A stretch of DNA of 64,000 bases from Eledone cirrhosa (GCA_964016885.1 OZ024741.1:333994001-334058000); one strand, 5' to 3'. Shown: positions 1 to 13,272, counted from the first letter of the stretch. Program-made: numbers and translations. Notes: generated from the letters alone by a model not told the origin.

Positions 1-135
1 CTTATTCTCTCTCCTACAAACACTTACTCTCTCTCTCCCCATCTAAAATTAGACATTAAATCACATTAGAAAAAAAAAAGAAGAAATTTCAAGAGACTTG
101 TAAAATGAGTGTATTATAGAATTGGTTGATTGGTT

Positions 136-440
136 TAGTGTGTGTGTTCATGTGTGTGTGTGTGTTCATGTGTGTGTGTGTGTTCATGTGTGTGTGAGAG
201 AGTGGTCATATGAATGCATGTGTTAAATATATGTGTGTGCACATATGGACGCACATACATATATGAGTGTGTGGTGTTTGTATATGGGTGTACATATGCA
301 CACACACACACACACACACACAAACATACAAACATACATACATACATACATACATACATACATACATACATACATTACATACATACATTGCACACATACA
401 TATATTGCATACACACGTTACATATATATATATATAATTA
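136..440. repeat. Compound microsatellite (TG)n/(CA)n/(CATA)n
   Basis: Visible di- and tetranucleotide runs; the overlapping ORFs are VC/HT/YI artefacts. Confidence 0.95.
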
Positions 441-1510
441 TGGCTTAGTTGCCCAATGAGATGTAACTTCATTGGAAGCCAGCTAAACCTTCATATGTTA
501 GAGCTGAACATTTTTTTTTTTCTTTTAACTTTAATTTAACTTTAAATACCAGTTTTTGAATGGTATTTAAGTAAGTGCCAAGACATGAGAGTAGTGGACA
601 ATAAATAAAATTTGAAAAAATAAAATGAATTTTATCACGAAAATCTACACCTTTGAAAATATCTCAGCAATGTGGGGAGGGTCACTATATCACAAAACCC
701 TACTGTATGAAAAAAAATGCTAGAAACAGCCGCCAAACATTTTATCAAACACGTACATCAAAATTTTGACAAAATTCAAAAATATTTCTCTGTCAACATC
801 AATTTGGGATTCTATGTAGATTTTAAACTTTCTTATTTCTCATTTTTGGAGTTTACACCTTTTCATCATCCTGAGCATTCCAAGACAAATCAATATCAAC
901 TGAGACAAATTAATATATCGGACAGGACATTGCGACAGACAAATCCTGGCCAAACTGGGACATGTGATAAGCATATGTAATGGTGGCAAATTGGCAGATT
1001 CACTAGATAGGCTGCTTTGCGGTATTCGTCTTTGCTCACTGAGTTCAAATCCTGGGGAGGTCAACTTTAGTACTTTTTTTATCAACCTTAAAAGGATGAA
1101 AGGCAGTCTAGTACTGCAGGTCGATTCTTCCTCTATACCTATTCCTCACTTCCATTCTCTCACTTTTTATCCTTCTTGAGAAGAAATCTGTAGTATTCAA
1201 ACCTGGAGAGATTTGGGCTCTGCCAGATTAAAAAAATGCCCTAGATACACCATATGTCATTATGGCACCCCTAGAACTCCCTCAGGAGTTACGGGTTCCT
1301 ACACACATACATATATAGAACACCAGTTTGTTGCAACTCTATAGGAACACCAAGAACTAATTCACTTCAGTTAATTGAACTCAGGCAATGTGAAATGAAG
1401 TGTTTCAGGCAATAAAAACACCTGTATCAAATTTATCCCCTAGTTGGTACTATAATCCTTTATTTAATCAACCATTTCTATCTCTACCCTCAACCTAGGC
1501 CAAATAATTT

Positions 1511-2155
1511 AATGGCTTCTGATTTAGGCACACAAGGCTAAACATTTTTTGGGGTAGGGGAAAGTCGATTAAATTGACCCCAGTACATTACTAGTATTTT
1601 ATTTGATCAACCCTGCAAGGATGAAAGGCAAAGCTAAACCGCAGCAGGATTTGAACTCAGAACATAAAGGGACATAACTATGCTGCAAAGAATGTTGTCT
1701 GATGTTCTACAGATTCCAGACCAAATAATGATTTCTGATTTATGCATAAGACCAACTATTCTAGGGAGTGGATGGGGGGAAAAGTCGATTAAATCGACTC
1801 CAGGGTGTTATTTTATCGAACCTGTAAGGATGAAAGGCAAAGCTAATTTCGGCAGGATTTGAACTCAAAGGAATGTAACTATATGCTGTAAAACATATCT
1901 GATGATCTACCAATTACTGCTAATCCAGCACCCAAAGAAATAGCTGATGATGGTTTCTGATTTAGGTACAAGGTCAACAATTTTGAGGAGAGTGGAAAGT
2001 CGATTAAATCAAACCAAGTGCATTGATGGTACTTTATTTTAACAACCCCATAAGGATGAAGGGCAAACTAATCTCGGAGTAATGGGAACTCAGAACATAA
2101 AGGGACGCAACTCTATGATGCAAAGAATGTCCAACGCTCTACCGATCCTAGGCCA
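1511..2155 (-). mobile_element. Three head-to-tail copies of tRNA-derived SINE family A (octopus-type)
   Basis: Each ~210-bp copy reads on + as ...tttctgatttaggcac...aaagtcgattaaat...aaggatgaaaggcaaagcta...ggatttgaactcagaa. On - this gives a B-box-like GAGTTCAAATCC. Copies at ~1511-1720, 1726-1935 and 1948-2155. Confidence 0.8.
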
Positions 2156-2743
2156 AATACAATAATGACATTTAAAAAGCTTGGCTCACAGGCAACTCAA
2201 CTGGCTCAGGTTTGATGGACAACAACTAAAATTTGGTTACTTTAAGTATGTAACAGTTATTTAGAGGGTTTTAATTCTTTGGCTAGGAGGATGTTTTGTG
2301 TAAGAGGGAAGGGAGAAAAAAAAAGGAGAAGGATGATGAGGAAATCTTGCTGTAAGCTGACAACATAGTGAATGCCTGGTTAAAGACTTGTTTGTTTAGT
2401 GTCAGGAAAATACAGACATCAATTAAGTTGGAGTGTTACCAGCAATAAATTTGTTAAGTCACGTGTGTGTATCTGTGTGCATATTAGTGTGTGCGTGTTA
2501 GTGTGTATGTTAGCATGTGTGTGTTTTTTGTATTGATATTTGTATGTTTGTATGTGCGTATGTTGATGATTACATACTTCAAGTAATGTGGTGTTTGTGT
2601 GGTTGTATGCATGAGTATATAAGTATAATACTGTGGTGTTTGTGAGTCAATGTTTGAGTGTTTATATATGTGTTTGTGTGTACATATATATGTACAGTGG
2701 TATATGGAGTTCAGATATTGCAGAGGTGTTTGTGTGTATCAAC

Positions 2744-2783
<40 letters not shown>

Positions 2784-2819
2784 TTCTGTGTGTGCATTAT
2801 ATATATATATATATATATA

Positions 2820-3119
2820 GGAAAAAGTATGACCCCGACGGCAGATCTCCAGCCGTTTAAAAACAGGATGGCATAGAACAGAACAAAGGAGAGGCACAAA
2901 ACAAAGAAAAGAATCCCCGGTCACTGATGAGGTCACAGAATGTGCGACGAAAGAACTTTGACAATATATGAACAACCGTCTGGTTGTGGAACCAACCAAC
3001 CAACCAACCGGAAATTTATAATTTTTTTTTTTTTAAATTTATATTTAATTTATAATATATTGGAGTGAAAGCAACTGGTGCGTGTGTTTCTTATTGGCAA
3101 CATGACCCTCCCAAAGTAT

Positions 3120-3120
<1 letters not shown>
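2820..3120 (+). mobile_element. Short non-coding hammerhead-bearing element (Penelope pLTR-like or retrozyme-like) between (TA)n runs
   Basis: ~300 bp of CpG-containing sequence bounded by (TA)n, containing CTGATGA...GAAA and ending ATGACCCTCCC. Homologous to 23952-24325 (-). Confidence 0.65.
2920..2962 (+). ncRNA. Minimal type-I hammerhead ribozyme motif
   Basis: GTCA-CTGATGA-G-GTCACA-GAATG-TGCGAC-GAAA-G-AA-C-T-T-TGAC. Stem I is GTCA/TGAC, stem II is GTC(A)CA/TGCGAC, stem III is 2 bp, and the UH site follows CTT. Confidence 0.65.
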
Positions 3121-3200
<80 letters not shown>

Positions 3201-3266
3201 GTGTACATATATATGTACAGTGGTATATAGAGTTCAGATATTGCAGAGGTGTTTGTGTGTATCAAC

Positions 3267-3306
<40 letters not shown>

Positions 3307-3410
3307 TGTCTCTCCTTTGTTCTGTCCTACACCATCTTGTTTTTGTGTGTTGAAGTGAAAACCAACAGGTGCATATATATATATGAATACATATATATAT
3401 ATATATATAT

Positions 3411-3706
3411 ATACAGACACATAAATATACAAACACACACTTAAACAAATTTACCATACATACGGATTTATCATATATATTATCACATATTATCATCATA
3501 CTCATCACTGTTCAACGTCCATTTTCCATGCTTGCATGAGTTAGCGGGATTGTCTACATCATTGCTCAGATGGAACTAAATTTGGGTGGGATTTTTACAG
3601 CTGGATGCCCTTCCTCACACCAACCACGTTTACAGTGTGGAACAGGCCAGTTGGCTGCACCACTCCCTGCCCACAGGGGAACCATAGTTAGGAACCCAGG
3701 TGATCC

Positions 3707-3792
<86 letters not shown>

Positions 3793-4044
3793 GGATCACC
3801 TGGGTCCAACTGGCCTGTCCCAAAACGTGGTTGGTGTGAGGAAGGGCATCCAGCTGTAAAAATCCCACCCAAATTTAGTTCCATCTGAGCAATGATGTAG
3901 ACAATCCCGCTAACTCATGCAAGCATGGAAAATGGACGTTGAACAGTGATGAGTATGATGATAATATATGTGATAATATATATGATAAATCCGTATGTAT
4001 GGTAAATTTGTTTAAGTGTGTGTTTGTATATTTATGTGTCTGTA
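3411..4044. repeat. ~630-bp inverted duplication (palindrome) centred on (TA)n; the arms include an RTE-tailed SINE fragment
   Basis: 3790-4044 is the reverse complement of 3411-3710 (e.g. cccaggtgatcccacta / tagtgggatcacctggg). The right arm lacks about 39 and about 6 nt. Confidence 0.95.
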
Positions 4045-4269
4045 CGTAAAGGCATAAGCGAAATTATTATTCCTTTATGTGTGCGTATGAATTTGTTTAA
4101 GTTTGTGTGTATACATGTATAAAGGGGATTATCATATGTGATGTGTATCTATGTGTAATGGCGCCGGTTAAGTCTGTATGAAGGTAAGTATATGAGTAAA
4201 AGATATGATATGCATGTATATATGTATTTGTATGTACATGTGTATGTGTATATATATATATGTATAACA

Positions 4270-4485
4270 TGATAGTGTTGATGCCATAATAAAACACACC
4301 CAGCCCATTCTGTAACGTGATAGAACAGGTCCCATGATAAAATACATCCAGTCCACTCTTTAGCGTAGTAGTTCTGGTGCCATGATAATACACATCCAGT
4401 CCACTCTGTGAAATGGTAACATTGGTGTCATGATAAAATACACCCAGTCCACTCTGTGACGTGGTAATGTTGGTGCCATGGTAAC
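4270..4485 (+). repeat. Degenerate ~59-bp tandem repeat (SINE-internal unit)
   Basis: About 4 copies of gtgccatgataaaatacacccagtccactctgt; the same unit family occurs at 37210-37760. Confidence 0.7.
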
Positions 4486-4785
4486 ATGCAGAAAAGGTAA
4501 AAGAGTAGAGAATATAAATAAGATAGTGATGTGAAGGGAGGTAACTCATTGATGCTTACATAACATTAGAAAGGCTCAGCACACAATGTCACATCACACT
4601 TATTTATAATAAGTAGCTCACCCTGTGGAAATTCCATTGTTCTATGAGAAACAACCACCAATTCCCTTTACACATACAAACACTTAAACAATATGGTATT
4701 TTAATTGCTTTAGTTATAAGTTTATATATTTCTGATGACATGGAATTTTCAGTGGATCAGCTAGTTTTTAGTTAAAGTAATTCTG

Positions 4786-4817
<32 letters not shown>

Positions 4818-5554
4818 TCTCTCCCACTCTCTCTCTTTCCATACATTCATGAGGTCACCACAACCACCTCTCAGACACACATACCCACTCTAATCCCTTT
4901 TACATAAATAAAGATATGAGATCACAACAACTACCTCTCACAGACAGACACACACACACTTACCATCACATTTCCTGTGTGACATACAATTTACACTACA
5001 GATACACCAACTTAAATAATATAATAGATTATTATCCCGCCGAGGTTAACTTTGCCTTTCATCCTTACGGGGTCGATAAAATAAAGTACCAGTAATGTAC
5101 TATATGATTGCTGGCCTTGTGCCTAAAGTAGAAACAATTATAAACAAATAGCGTGAAGAAAACTGAAAATAGAGAGGGTAATCTCCCTTGTAATTGATAA
5201 ATGAGACTTATTTCTAGATTAGTTGTCTGTGTCTGTGTGTTTGTCATTAGGAAATAAAACTTCAACATTTAATCAATTAATCAATGTGATGTTTAATTTG
5301 TATGGACTTAATCCATCACAATGATTAACATCACCATATAACCCTTGGGTGCCTTTAATCAAGCTTACATTGTCTCCTGTTTGTGGATACCTTATTCCCC
5401 CCTTTCCAACAGTATTGGAGGCCGTGAAGTTGATTATTGGCACTGAACTTTCTCTTTTGACTAAGTGACTCACACACACACACACAAATGTATAACTGAG
5501 TCTGTGTTTGTATATATATGTATATGTATATAGGTATATATATATATATATACC

Positions 5555-6373
5555 TATTATAAGGTATCTATTTTTGAAGTTCTAGTTAACTTTATTTAGT
5601 TACCTACCTAGCTATCTGTGCTTACACACTTGTAAAAATTATCCCCTGTGATTGTTTCATATGTTTATTTATATGTTAATCAATTTCTAGTTGTTATAAG
5701 ATGCTCGGACCTATTCATTAGAATCTTGGAGCTTATTTTACAGGTGATATGGCGCATGCCTTTCTGGCCTGACACCCATAATTTTGATTTAGATTAAATT
5801 CATTTTGATTTATCTTAATTTTGGATATAGATATATAAATACGTCTCCTTAATTGTAGAGCTAACTCTGTTGTCGATAACCCTGTTCACGCCACTGGGAC
5901 GAAGCTGGTATGATGTGTGTATTTTTAGTAGATACAGCACGTGTTACTGGCCAGTCGCTGATTTGAACTTAATGCGTAAACACAGATGGCTGGACTTCTT
6001 CCTTGTTGAAAATCCAAGCTTCGGCCTCTGTGGTTTACCATTCGATTAATTGGTGAAATATATTTCTTTAATGGAATATATACGAGGAAAATTAATCATA
6101 TTATAAGGTATCTATTTTTGAAGTTCTAGTTAACTTTATTTAGTTACCTACCTAGCTATGTGTGCTTACACACTTGTAAAAATTATCCCCTGTGATTGTT
6201 TCATATGTTTATTTATATGTTAATCAATTTCTAGTTGTTATAAAATGCTCGGACCTATTCATTAGAATCTTGGAGCTTATTTTACAGGTGATATGGCGCA
6301 TGCCTTTCTGGCCTGACACCCATAATTTTGATTTAGATTAAATTCACTTTGATTTATCTTAACTTTGGATATA
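5555..6373. repeat. A-B-A partial tandem: ~275-bp direct repeats around a ~270-bp spacer, flanked by (TA)n
   Basis: 5555-5829 and 6099-6373 are near-identical (offset 544, a few substitutions). Confidence 0.9.
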
Positions 6374-8009
6374 TATATATATACACACACACACATACAC
6401 ATATATATATACAGATACACGTACATATATATATATATATACGCATACATACATACACACATGCATACACACACGCACACATATATGCATACACACACAT
6501 ACATACATACATAGTTTATATTAAAGTTTATACACTTAACATGTGTGCATGACCTTAGGTTTTGGGATCCCGTTATAGCCACCACTGTATATTAGAGGAG
6601 CTGTTCTAAAACTAGCCTCCCTCATCATCAGACACAAGGACAAATTATATATATATATACTCCCACTCACTCAGTCCCTGTTTCTCCCCTTCTTTCTTCC
6701 TCCCGTTCGCTGTGAAAACGGTTTTCCTTCTTTCTAACACCTGATTCACTAGCGAAAGGTCTGTTCCTGACTCGCGCATATATTCACACAGCTTATGCTG
6801 AAAGAATAACTATGTTGCTTGTGTTTATTTCCATCTTCGGTTAGCTTCCCCCTGTGTTGTTTACTTGTCTCACTTGCTTTACGCGTTTCTATTGTCCTAA
6901 TAACTTATTTTAGTTATTATCGCTCCAACGTGAGGTATATGATTTTTAATGCGATGAAATACCCATGATCGTTTGGTAAATCACTGATGAGCGATTCATT
7001 TTATAACATGTTATCCATGTGCAACCAGCAGTATTCTTCTCACCCATATTTTTCATATATATATATGTAAACCCATGCTAGCATAGAAAAATGGACGTTA
7101 AATGGTGATGATGATGATACCAATAGATTTACAAAAATTACACTACCACAAGATGCTTTGTGGATCTAAAGCAGTTTAACCACGTACCACACACTATCTT
7201 ACTCGATGATAACTGAAATAAATTCCAGAAATAGAGTATACTCTTACAGATTTAGTGGTGTGGTAACAATATTTATAATTGAACAAATTAATTAGGCTTA
7301 TGAATAAGATTAATACAACTAATATTAACCAATTAATAAATCAATTAATAAAAAATATATAAAAAATATTGCTAAATACTTAAAGACACGCTGTAATGTA
7401 GTAGAGCTTGTATCATAATAAAATGCTCAGAGTATATGTTGTAAACTGGTTGGCATGAGGAAGGGCATCCAGCCATAGAAATCAAGCCCAAAAAACAGAG
7501 CATGTGACCTGTCTAGCCGCAGTACGTGACAGCAAATCTCACCCATGCAAAAACATAGAAAACATAGCTCAGATCTATTTTTAAATTTTGGTACATGCTT
7601 GCGTCTAAGAAGAGTCTTGTTTATCCACAAATTACCCATGTTTCTCTGACAGTTGTGATTGGTCTGTGCCATTCTACATGGCCAAAAGAAAATCATAGGA
7701 ACAAGATGCTCTGATTTTTCTTCATCATTTGAAATATCATGAAATGTGTAAGATAAAAATATGTTGTCTTCCTTTGTCCACTTATCCCTGGGATGGTCAT
7801 GGGAGCGGAGTCCCTAAATACTCCTTCTAGCAGATCCAATCAGAAGCAACTGTCTCCAACTAATTTGGCTGCCAAGAGAGATCATGGATGTTATTTAAGC
7901 AACTTGCTTGGAGTCAACTCCTGGGTCTCCTGTCAGTTGATTTTGTTCATAAAATCTATCCAGCAATTCTTTCCTTAGACATTCTAACCATATGCCTGTA
8001 GTATCACCT

Positions 8010-11000
8010 TAAGCAAGCTTTACAATATACACCTGGGTTTTTAGCATCCCAGGCAAGCTCTACAATGTGTACCTGGGTATTTAGCACTCTAGGCTAGCTC
8101 TAAAATGTACACTTGGTTATTTAGTAGCCTAGGAAAGCTCTAAAATGTACAACAGGTATTTAGCACCCTTGGCTAGCTCTACAATGTTCACGAATGTATT
8201 TAACACCCGAGGCAAGCTCTACAATGCTCACCAAGGTATTTAACACACTAGGCAAGCTCTACAATGTTCACGAATGTATTTAACACCCGAGGCAAGCTCT
8301 ACAATGTTCACCAAGGTATTTAACACCCGAGGCAAGCTCTACAATGTTCACGAATGTATTTAACACCCGAGGCAAGCTCTACAATGTTCACCATTGTCGT
8401 TAACACCCGAGGCAAGCTCTACAATGCTCACCAAGGTATTTAACACACTAGGCAAGCTCTACAATGTTCACGAATGTATTTAACACCCGAGGCAAGCTCT
8501 ACAATGTTCACAAATGTATTTAACACCCGAGGCAAGCTCTACAATGTTCACCAAGGTATTTAACACACTAGGCAAGCTCTACAATGTTCACCAAAGTATT
8601 TAACACACTAGGCAAGCTCTACAATGCTCACCAAGGTATTTAACACACTAGGCAAGCTCTACAATGTTCACCAAAGTATTTAACACACTAGGCAAGCTCT
8701 ACAATGTTCACGAATGTATTTAACACCCGAGGCAAGCTCTACAATGTTCACCAAAGTATTTAACACACTAGGCAAGCTCTACAATGCTCAACAAGGTATT
8801 TAACACACTAGGCAAGCTCTACAATGCTCACCAAGGTATTTAACACACTAGGCAAGCTCTACAATGTTCACGAATGTATTTAACACCCGAGGCAAGCTCT
8901 ACAATGTTCACCAAAGTATTTAACACACTAGGCAAGCTCTACAATGCTCACCAAGGTATGTATTTAACACACTAGGCAAGCTCTACAATGCTCACCAAGG
9001 TATTTAACACACTAGGCAAGCTCTACAATGTTCACCAAAGTATTTAACACACTAGGCAAGCTCTACAATGTTCACCAAGGTATTTAACACACTAGGCAAG
9101 CTCTACAATGTTCACCAAGGTATTTAACACACTAGGCAAGCTCTACAATGCTCACCAAAGTATTTAACACACTAGGCAAGCTCTACAATGTTCACCAAAG
9201 TATTTAACACACTAGGCAAGCTCTACAATGCTCACCAAAGTACTTAACACACTAGGCAAGCTCTACAATGCTCACCAAGGTATTTAACACCCGAGGCTAG
9301 CTCTACAATGTTCACGAATGTATTTAACACCCGAGGCAAGCTCTACAATGTTCACCATTGTCGTTAACACCCGAGGCAAGCTCTACAATGCTCACAAAGG
9401 TATTTAACACACTAGGCAAGCTCTACAATGTTCACGAATGTATTTAACACCCGAGGCAAGCTCTACAATGTTCACGAATGTATTTAACACCCGAGGCAAG
9501 CTCTACAATGTTCACCAAGGTATTTAACACCCGAGGCTAGCTCTAAAATGTTCACGAATGTATTTAACACCCGAGGCAAGCTCTACAATGTTCACCATTG
9601 TCGTTAACACCCGAGGCAAGCTCTACAATGCTCACCAAGGTATTTAACACACTAGGCAAGCTCTACAATGTTCACGAATGTATTTAACACCCGAGGCAAG
9701 CTCTACAATGTTCACAAATGTATTTAACACCCGAGGCAAGCTCTACAATGTTCACCAAAGTATTTAACACACTAGGCAAGCTCTACAATGTTCACCAAAG
9801 TATTTAACACACTAGGCAAGCTCTACAATGCTCACCAAGGTATTTAACACACTAGGCAAGCTCTACAATGTTCACCAAAGTATTTAACACACTAGGCAAG
9901 CTCTACAATGCTCACCAAGGTATTTAACACACTAGGCAAGCTCTACAATGCTCACCAAGGTATTTAACACACTAGGCAAGCTCTACAATGTTCACGAATG
10001 TATTTAACACCCGAGGCAAGCTCTACAATGTTCACCAAAGTATTTAACACACTAGGCAAGCTCTACAATGCTCACCAAGGTATTTAACACACTAGGCAAG
10101 CTCTACAATGCTCACCAAGGTATTTAACACACTAGGCAAGCTCTACAATGTTCACCAAAGTATTTAACACACTAGGCAAGCTCTACAATGTTCACCAAGG
10201 TATTTAACACACTAGGCAAGCTCTACAATGCTCACCAAAGTATTTAACACACTAGGCAAGCTCTACAATGTTCACCAAAGTATTTAACACACTAGGCAAG
10301 CTCTACAATGCTCACCAAAGTATTTAACACACTAGGCAAGCTCTACAATGCTCACCAAGGTATTTAACACACTAGGCAAGCTCTACAATGCTCACCAAGG
10401 TATTTAACACACTAGGCAAGCTCTACAATGTTCACCATGGTATTTAACACACTAGGCAAGCTCTACAATGCTCACCAAGGTATTTAACACACTAGGCAAG
10501 CTCTACAATGTTCACCAAGGTATTTAACACACTAGGCAAGCTCTACAATGCTCACCAAGGTATTTAACACACTAGGCAAGCTCTACAATGTTCACCAAGG
10601 TATTTAACACACTAGGCAAGCTCTACAATGTTCACCAAAGTATTTAACACACTAGGCAAGCTCTACAATGTTCACCAAGGTATTTAACACACTAGGCAAG
10701 CTCTACAATGCTCACCAAGGTATTTAACACACTAGGCAAGCTCTACAATGCTCACCAAGGTATTTAACACACTAGGCAAGCTCTACAATGTTCACCAAGG
10801 TATTTAACACACTAGGCAAGCTCTACAATGTTCACCAAAGTATATTTAACACACTAGGCAAGCTCTACAATGTTCACCAAGGTATTTAACACACTAGGCA
10901 AGCTCTACAATGTTCACCAAAGTATTTAACACACTAGGCAAGCTCTACAATGTTCACCAAGGTATTTAACACACTAGGCAAGCTCTACAATGTTCACCAA

Positions 11001-12069
11001 AGTATTTAACACACTAGGCAAGCTCTACAATGTTCACCAAAGTATTTAACACACTAGGCAAGCTCTACAATGTTCACCAAGGTATTTAACACACTAGGCA
11101 AGCTCTACAATGTTCACCAAGGTATTTAACACACTAGGCAAGCTCTACAATGCTCACCAAGGTATTTAACACACTAGGCAAGCTCTACAATGCTCACCAA
11201 AGTATTTAACACACTAGGCAAGCTCTACAATGCTCACCAAAGTATTTAACACACTAGGCAAGCTCTACAATGTTCACCAAAGTATTTAACACACTAGGCA
11301 AGCTCTACAATGCTCACCAAAGTATTTAACACACTAGGCAAGCTCTACAATGCTCACCAAGGTATTTAACACACTAGGCAAGCTCTACAATGCTCACCAA
11401 GGTATTTAACACACTAGGCAAGCTCTACAATGTTCACCATGGTATTTAACACACTAGGCAAGCTCTACAATGCTCACCAAGGTATTTAACACACTAGGCA
11501 AGCTCTACAATGTTCACCAAGGTATTTAACACACTAGGCAAGCTCTACAATGCTCACCAAGGTATTTAACACACTAGGCAAGCTCTACAATGTTCACCAA
11601 GGTATTTAACACCCGAGGCAAGCTCTACAATGTTCACCAAAGTATTTAACACCCGAGGCAAGCTCTACAATGTTCACCAAGGTATTTAACACACTAGGCA
11701 AGCTCTACAATGCTCACCAAGGTATTTAACACACTAGGCAAGCTCTACAATGCTCACCAAGGTATTTAACACCCGAGGCAAGCTCTACAATGTTCACCAA
11801 GGTATTTAACACACTAGGCAATTCTACAATGCTCACCAAGGTATTTAACACACTAGGCAAGCTCTACAATGTTCACCAAGGTATTTAACACCCGAGGCAA
11901 GCTCTACAATGTTCACCAAAGTATTTAACACCCGAGGCAAGCTCTACAATGCTCACCAAGGTATTTAACACCCGAGGCAAGCTCTACAATGCTCACCAAG
12001 GTATTTAACACACTAGGCAAGCTCTACAATGTAAACCAGTATATTTAGCACCGTAGGTTAGCTCTACAA
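8010..12069. repeat. 40-bp minisatellite, ~100 copies
   Basis: Unit TATTTAACAC(ACT/CCG)AGGCAAGCTCTACAATG(T/C)TCACCAA(G/A)G, with degenerate units at both edges. Confidence 0.98.
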
Positions 12070-12414
12070 AGACCCCTTTCTTCCAGTAATGTGAACCTTT
12101 CTTCCAAATAAAATAATTTCAATTTATTGTTTGGTAAGCTGATAAACCTGATTTTTAGCACTTCTTGCCCTGACAACACTAAGAAAATTACTAAGCTTAC
12201 ATTTTCCACTACACAGTTCACATTGACCCATGCCAAATCATACAACCCTCTCTACAGTGATGATATTTATTAAAGATATTTACTGATTTATTTATTGCTC
12301 ATAGCAAATTATTATGTTTAAATTCTACAAATTTGTATAAAGCTGAGTCTTTTTAGGTTCAGGATTTGTCTGAGAGGTGTGATTTGGGTGGCTTTAATGG
12401 TAGTACCAGTCATG

Positions 12415-12850
12415 AATATGAGTGAGTGAGTGTGTATGTATGTATGTATGAGAGAGAGGGGGAGGGGGAAGAGAGAGAGAAGAGGGGGAGTGTGTGCAAG
12501 TGTGTGAATGTGTGTGTGTGTGGGGGGGGGAAGAGAAAGTGTGTGTGTGTGTGTGGATGTGAATGAGAGAAGGTGTGTGTATGAGAGTGCATGTGAGAGT
12601 GAGGGAGAGAGAGTGTGTGTGTGTGTGAATGTGGGGAGAAGAGGGAGTGAAAGAGAAAGAGTGTGAGTGTTTGTGGATGTGAATGAGAGAGAGTGTGTGT
12701 GTATGAGAGTGCATGTGAGAGTGTGTGTGTATGAGAGAGAGAGTGTGAGTGTGTGAGCATGTGAGAAAGTGTGTATGTGAGTGTATGTGTATATGAATGT
12801 GAGTGTGTATATATATATATATGTGTGTGTATGTATGAGTAAGTGTGTGT
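12415..12850. repeat. (GT)/(GA) compound low-complexity tract
   Basis: Visible dinucleotide mosaic. Confidence 0.9.
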
Positions 12851-13202
12851 TTTGTTTTCTGTGGGTCAATAATTATACAAGACCCATAGTTCCAATCTGC
12901 GAAACAGTCAGATCATAATCCAATACAAATCACATTAATCCAATGTGGATCTCTCTTCACCTGGACAACAACCAATATGAAACATTGCAAGGACTTTATA
13001 TCACGGTTACTAAACTATAAATAGATGTATACCTGTCTCAGCACATTCAAAACCAAGTGCATACTGTGCCTGCACTTGGTTATTCATTTATATGCACATA
13101 TTCAGCCGTAGGGAGAGCTGTATGGTTAAGAAGCTCACTTGGCAACCATGAGTTTCTTTAGCTATAAGGAAATAATCCTGTTTATCCACATACAATTTTA
13201 TA

Positions 13203-13234
13203 TGTCAGGAATATTCAACTGTGGTCGCAGTGCT

Positions 13235-13272
<38 letters not shown>

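Noticed and set aside
8010-12069. 40-bp array as a CRISPR-like locus
   Set aside because: No unique spacers and no cas genes; the variable positions are a few recurrent alleles in a eukaryotic context.
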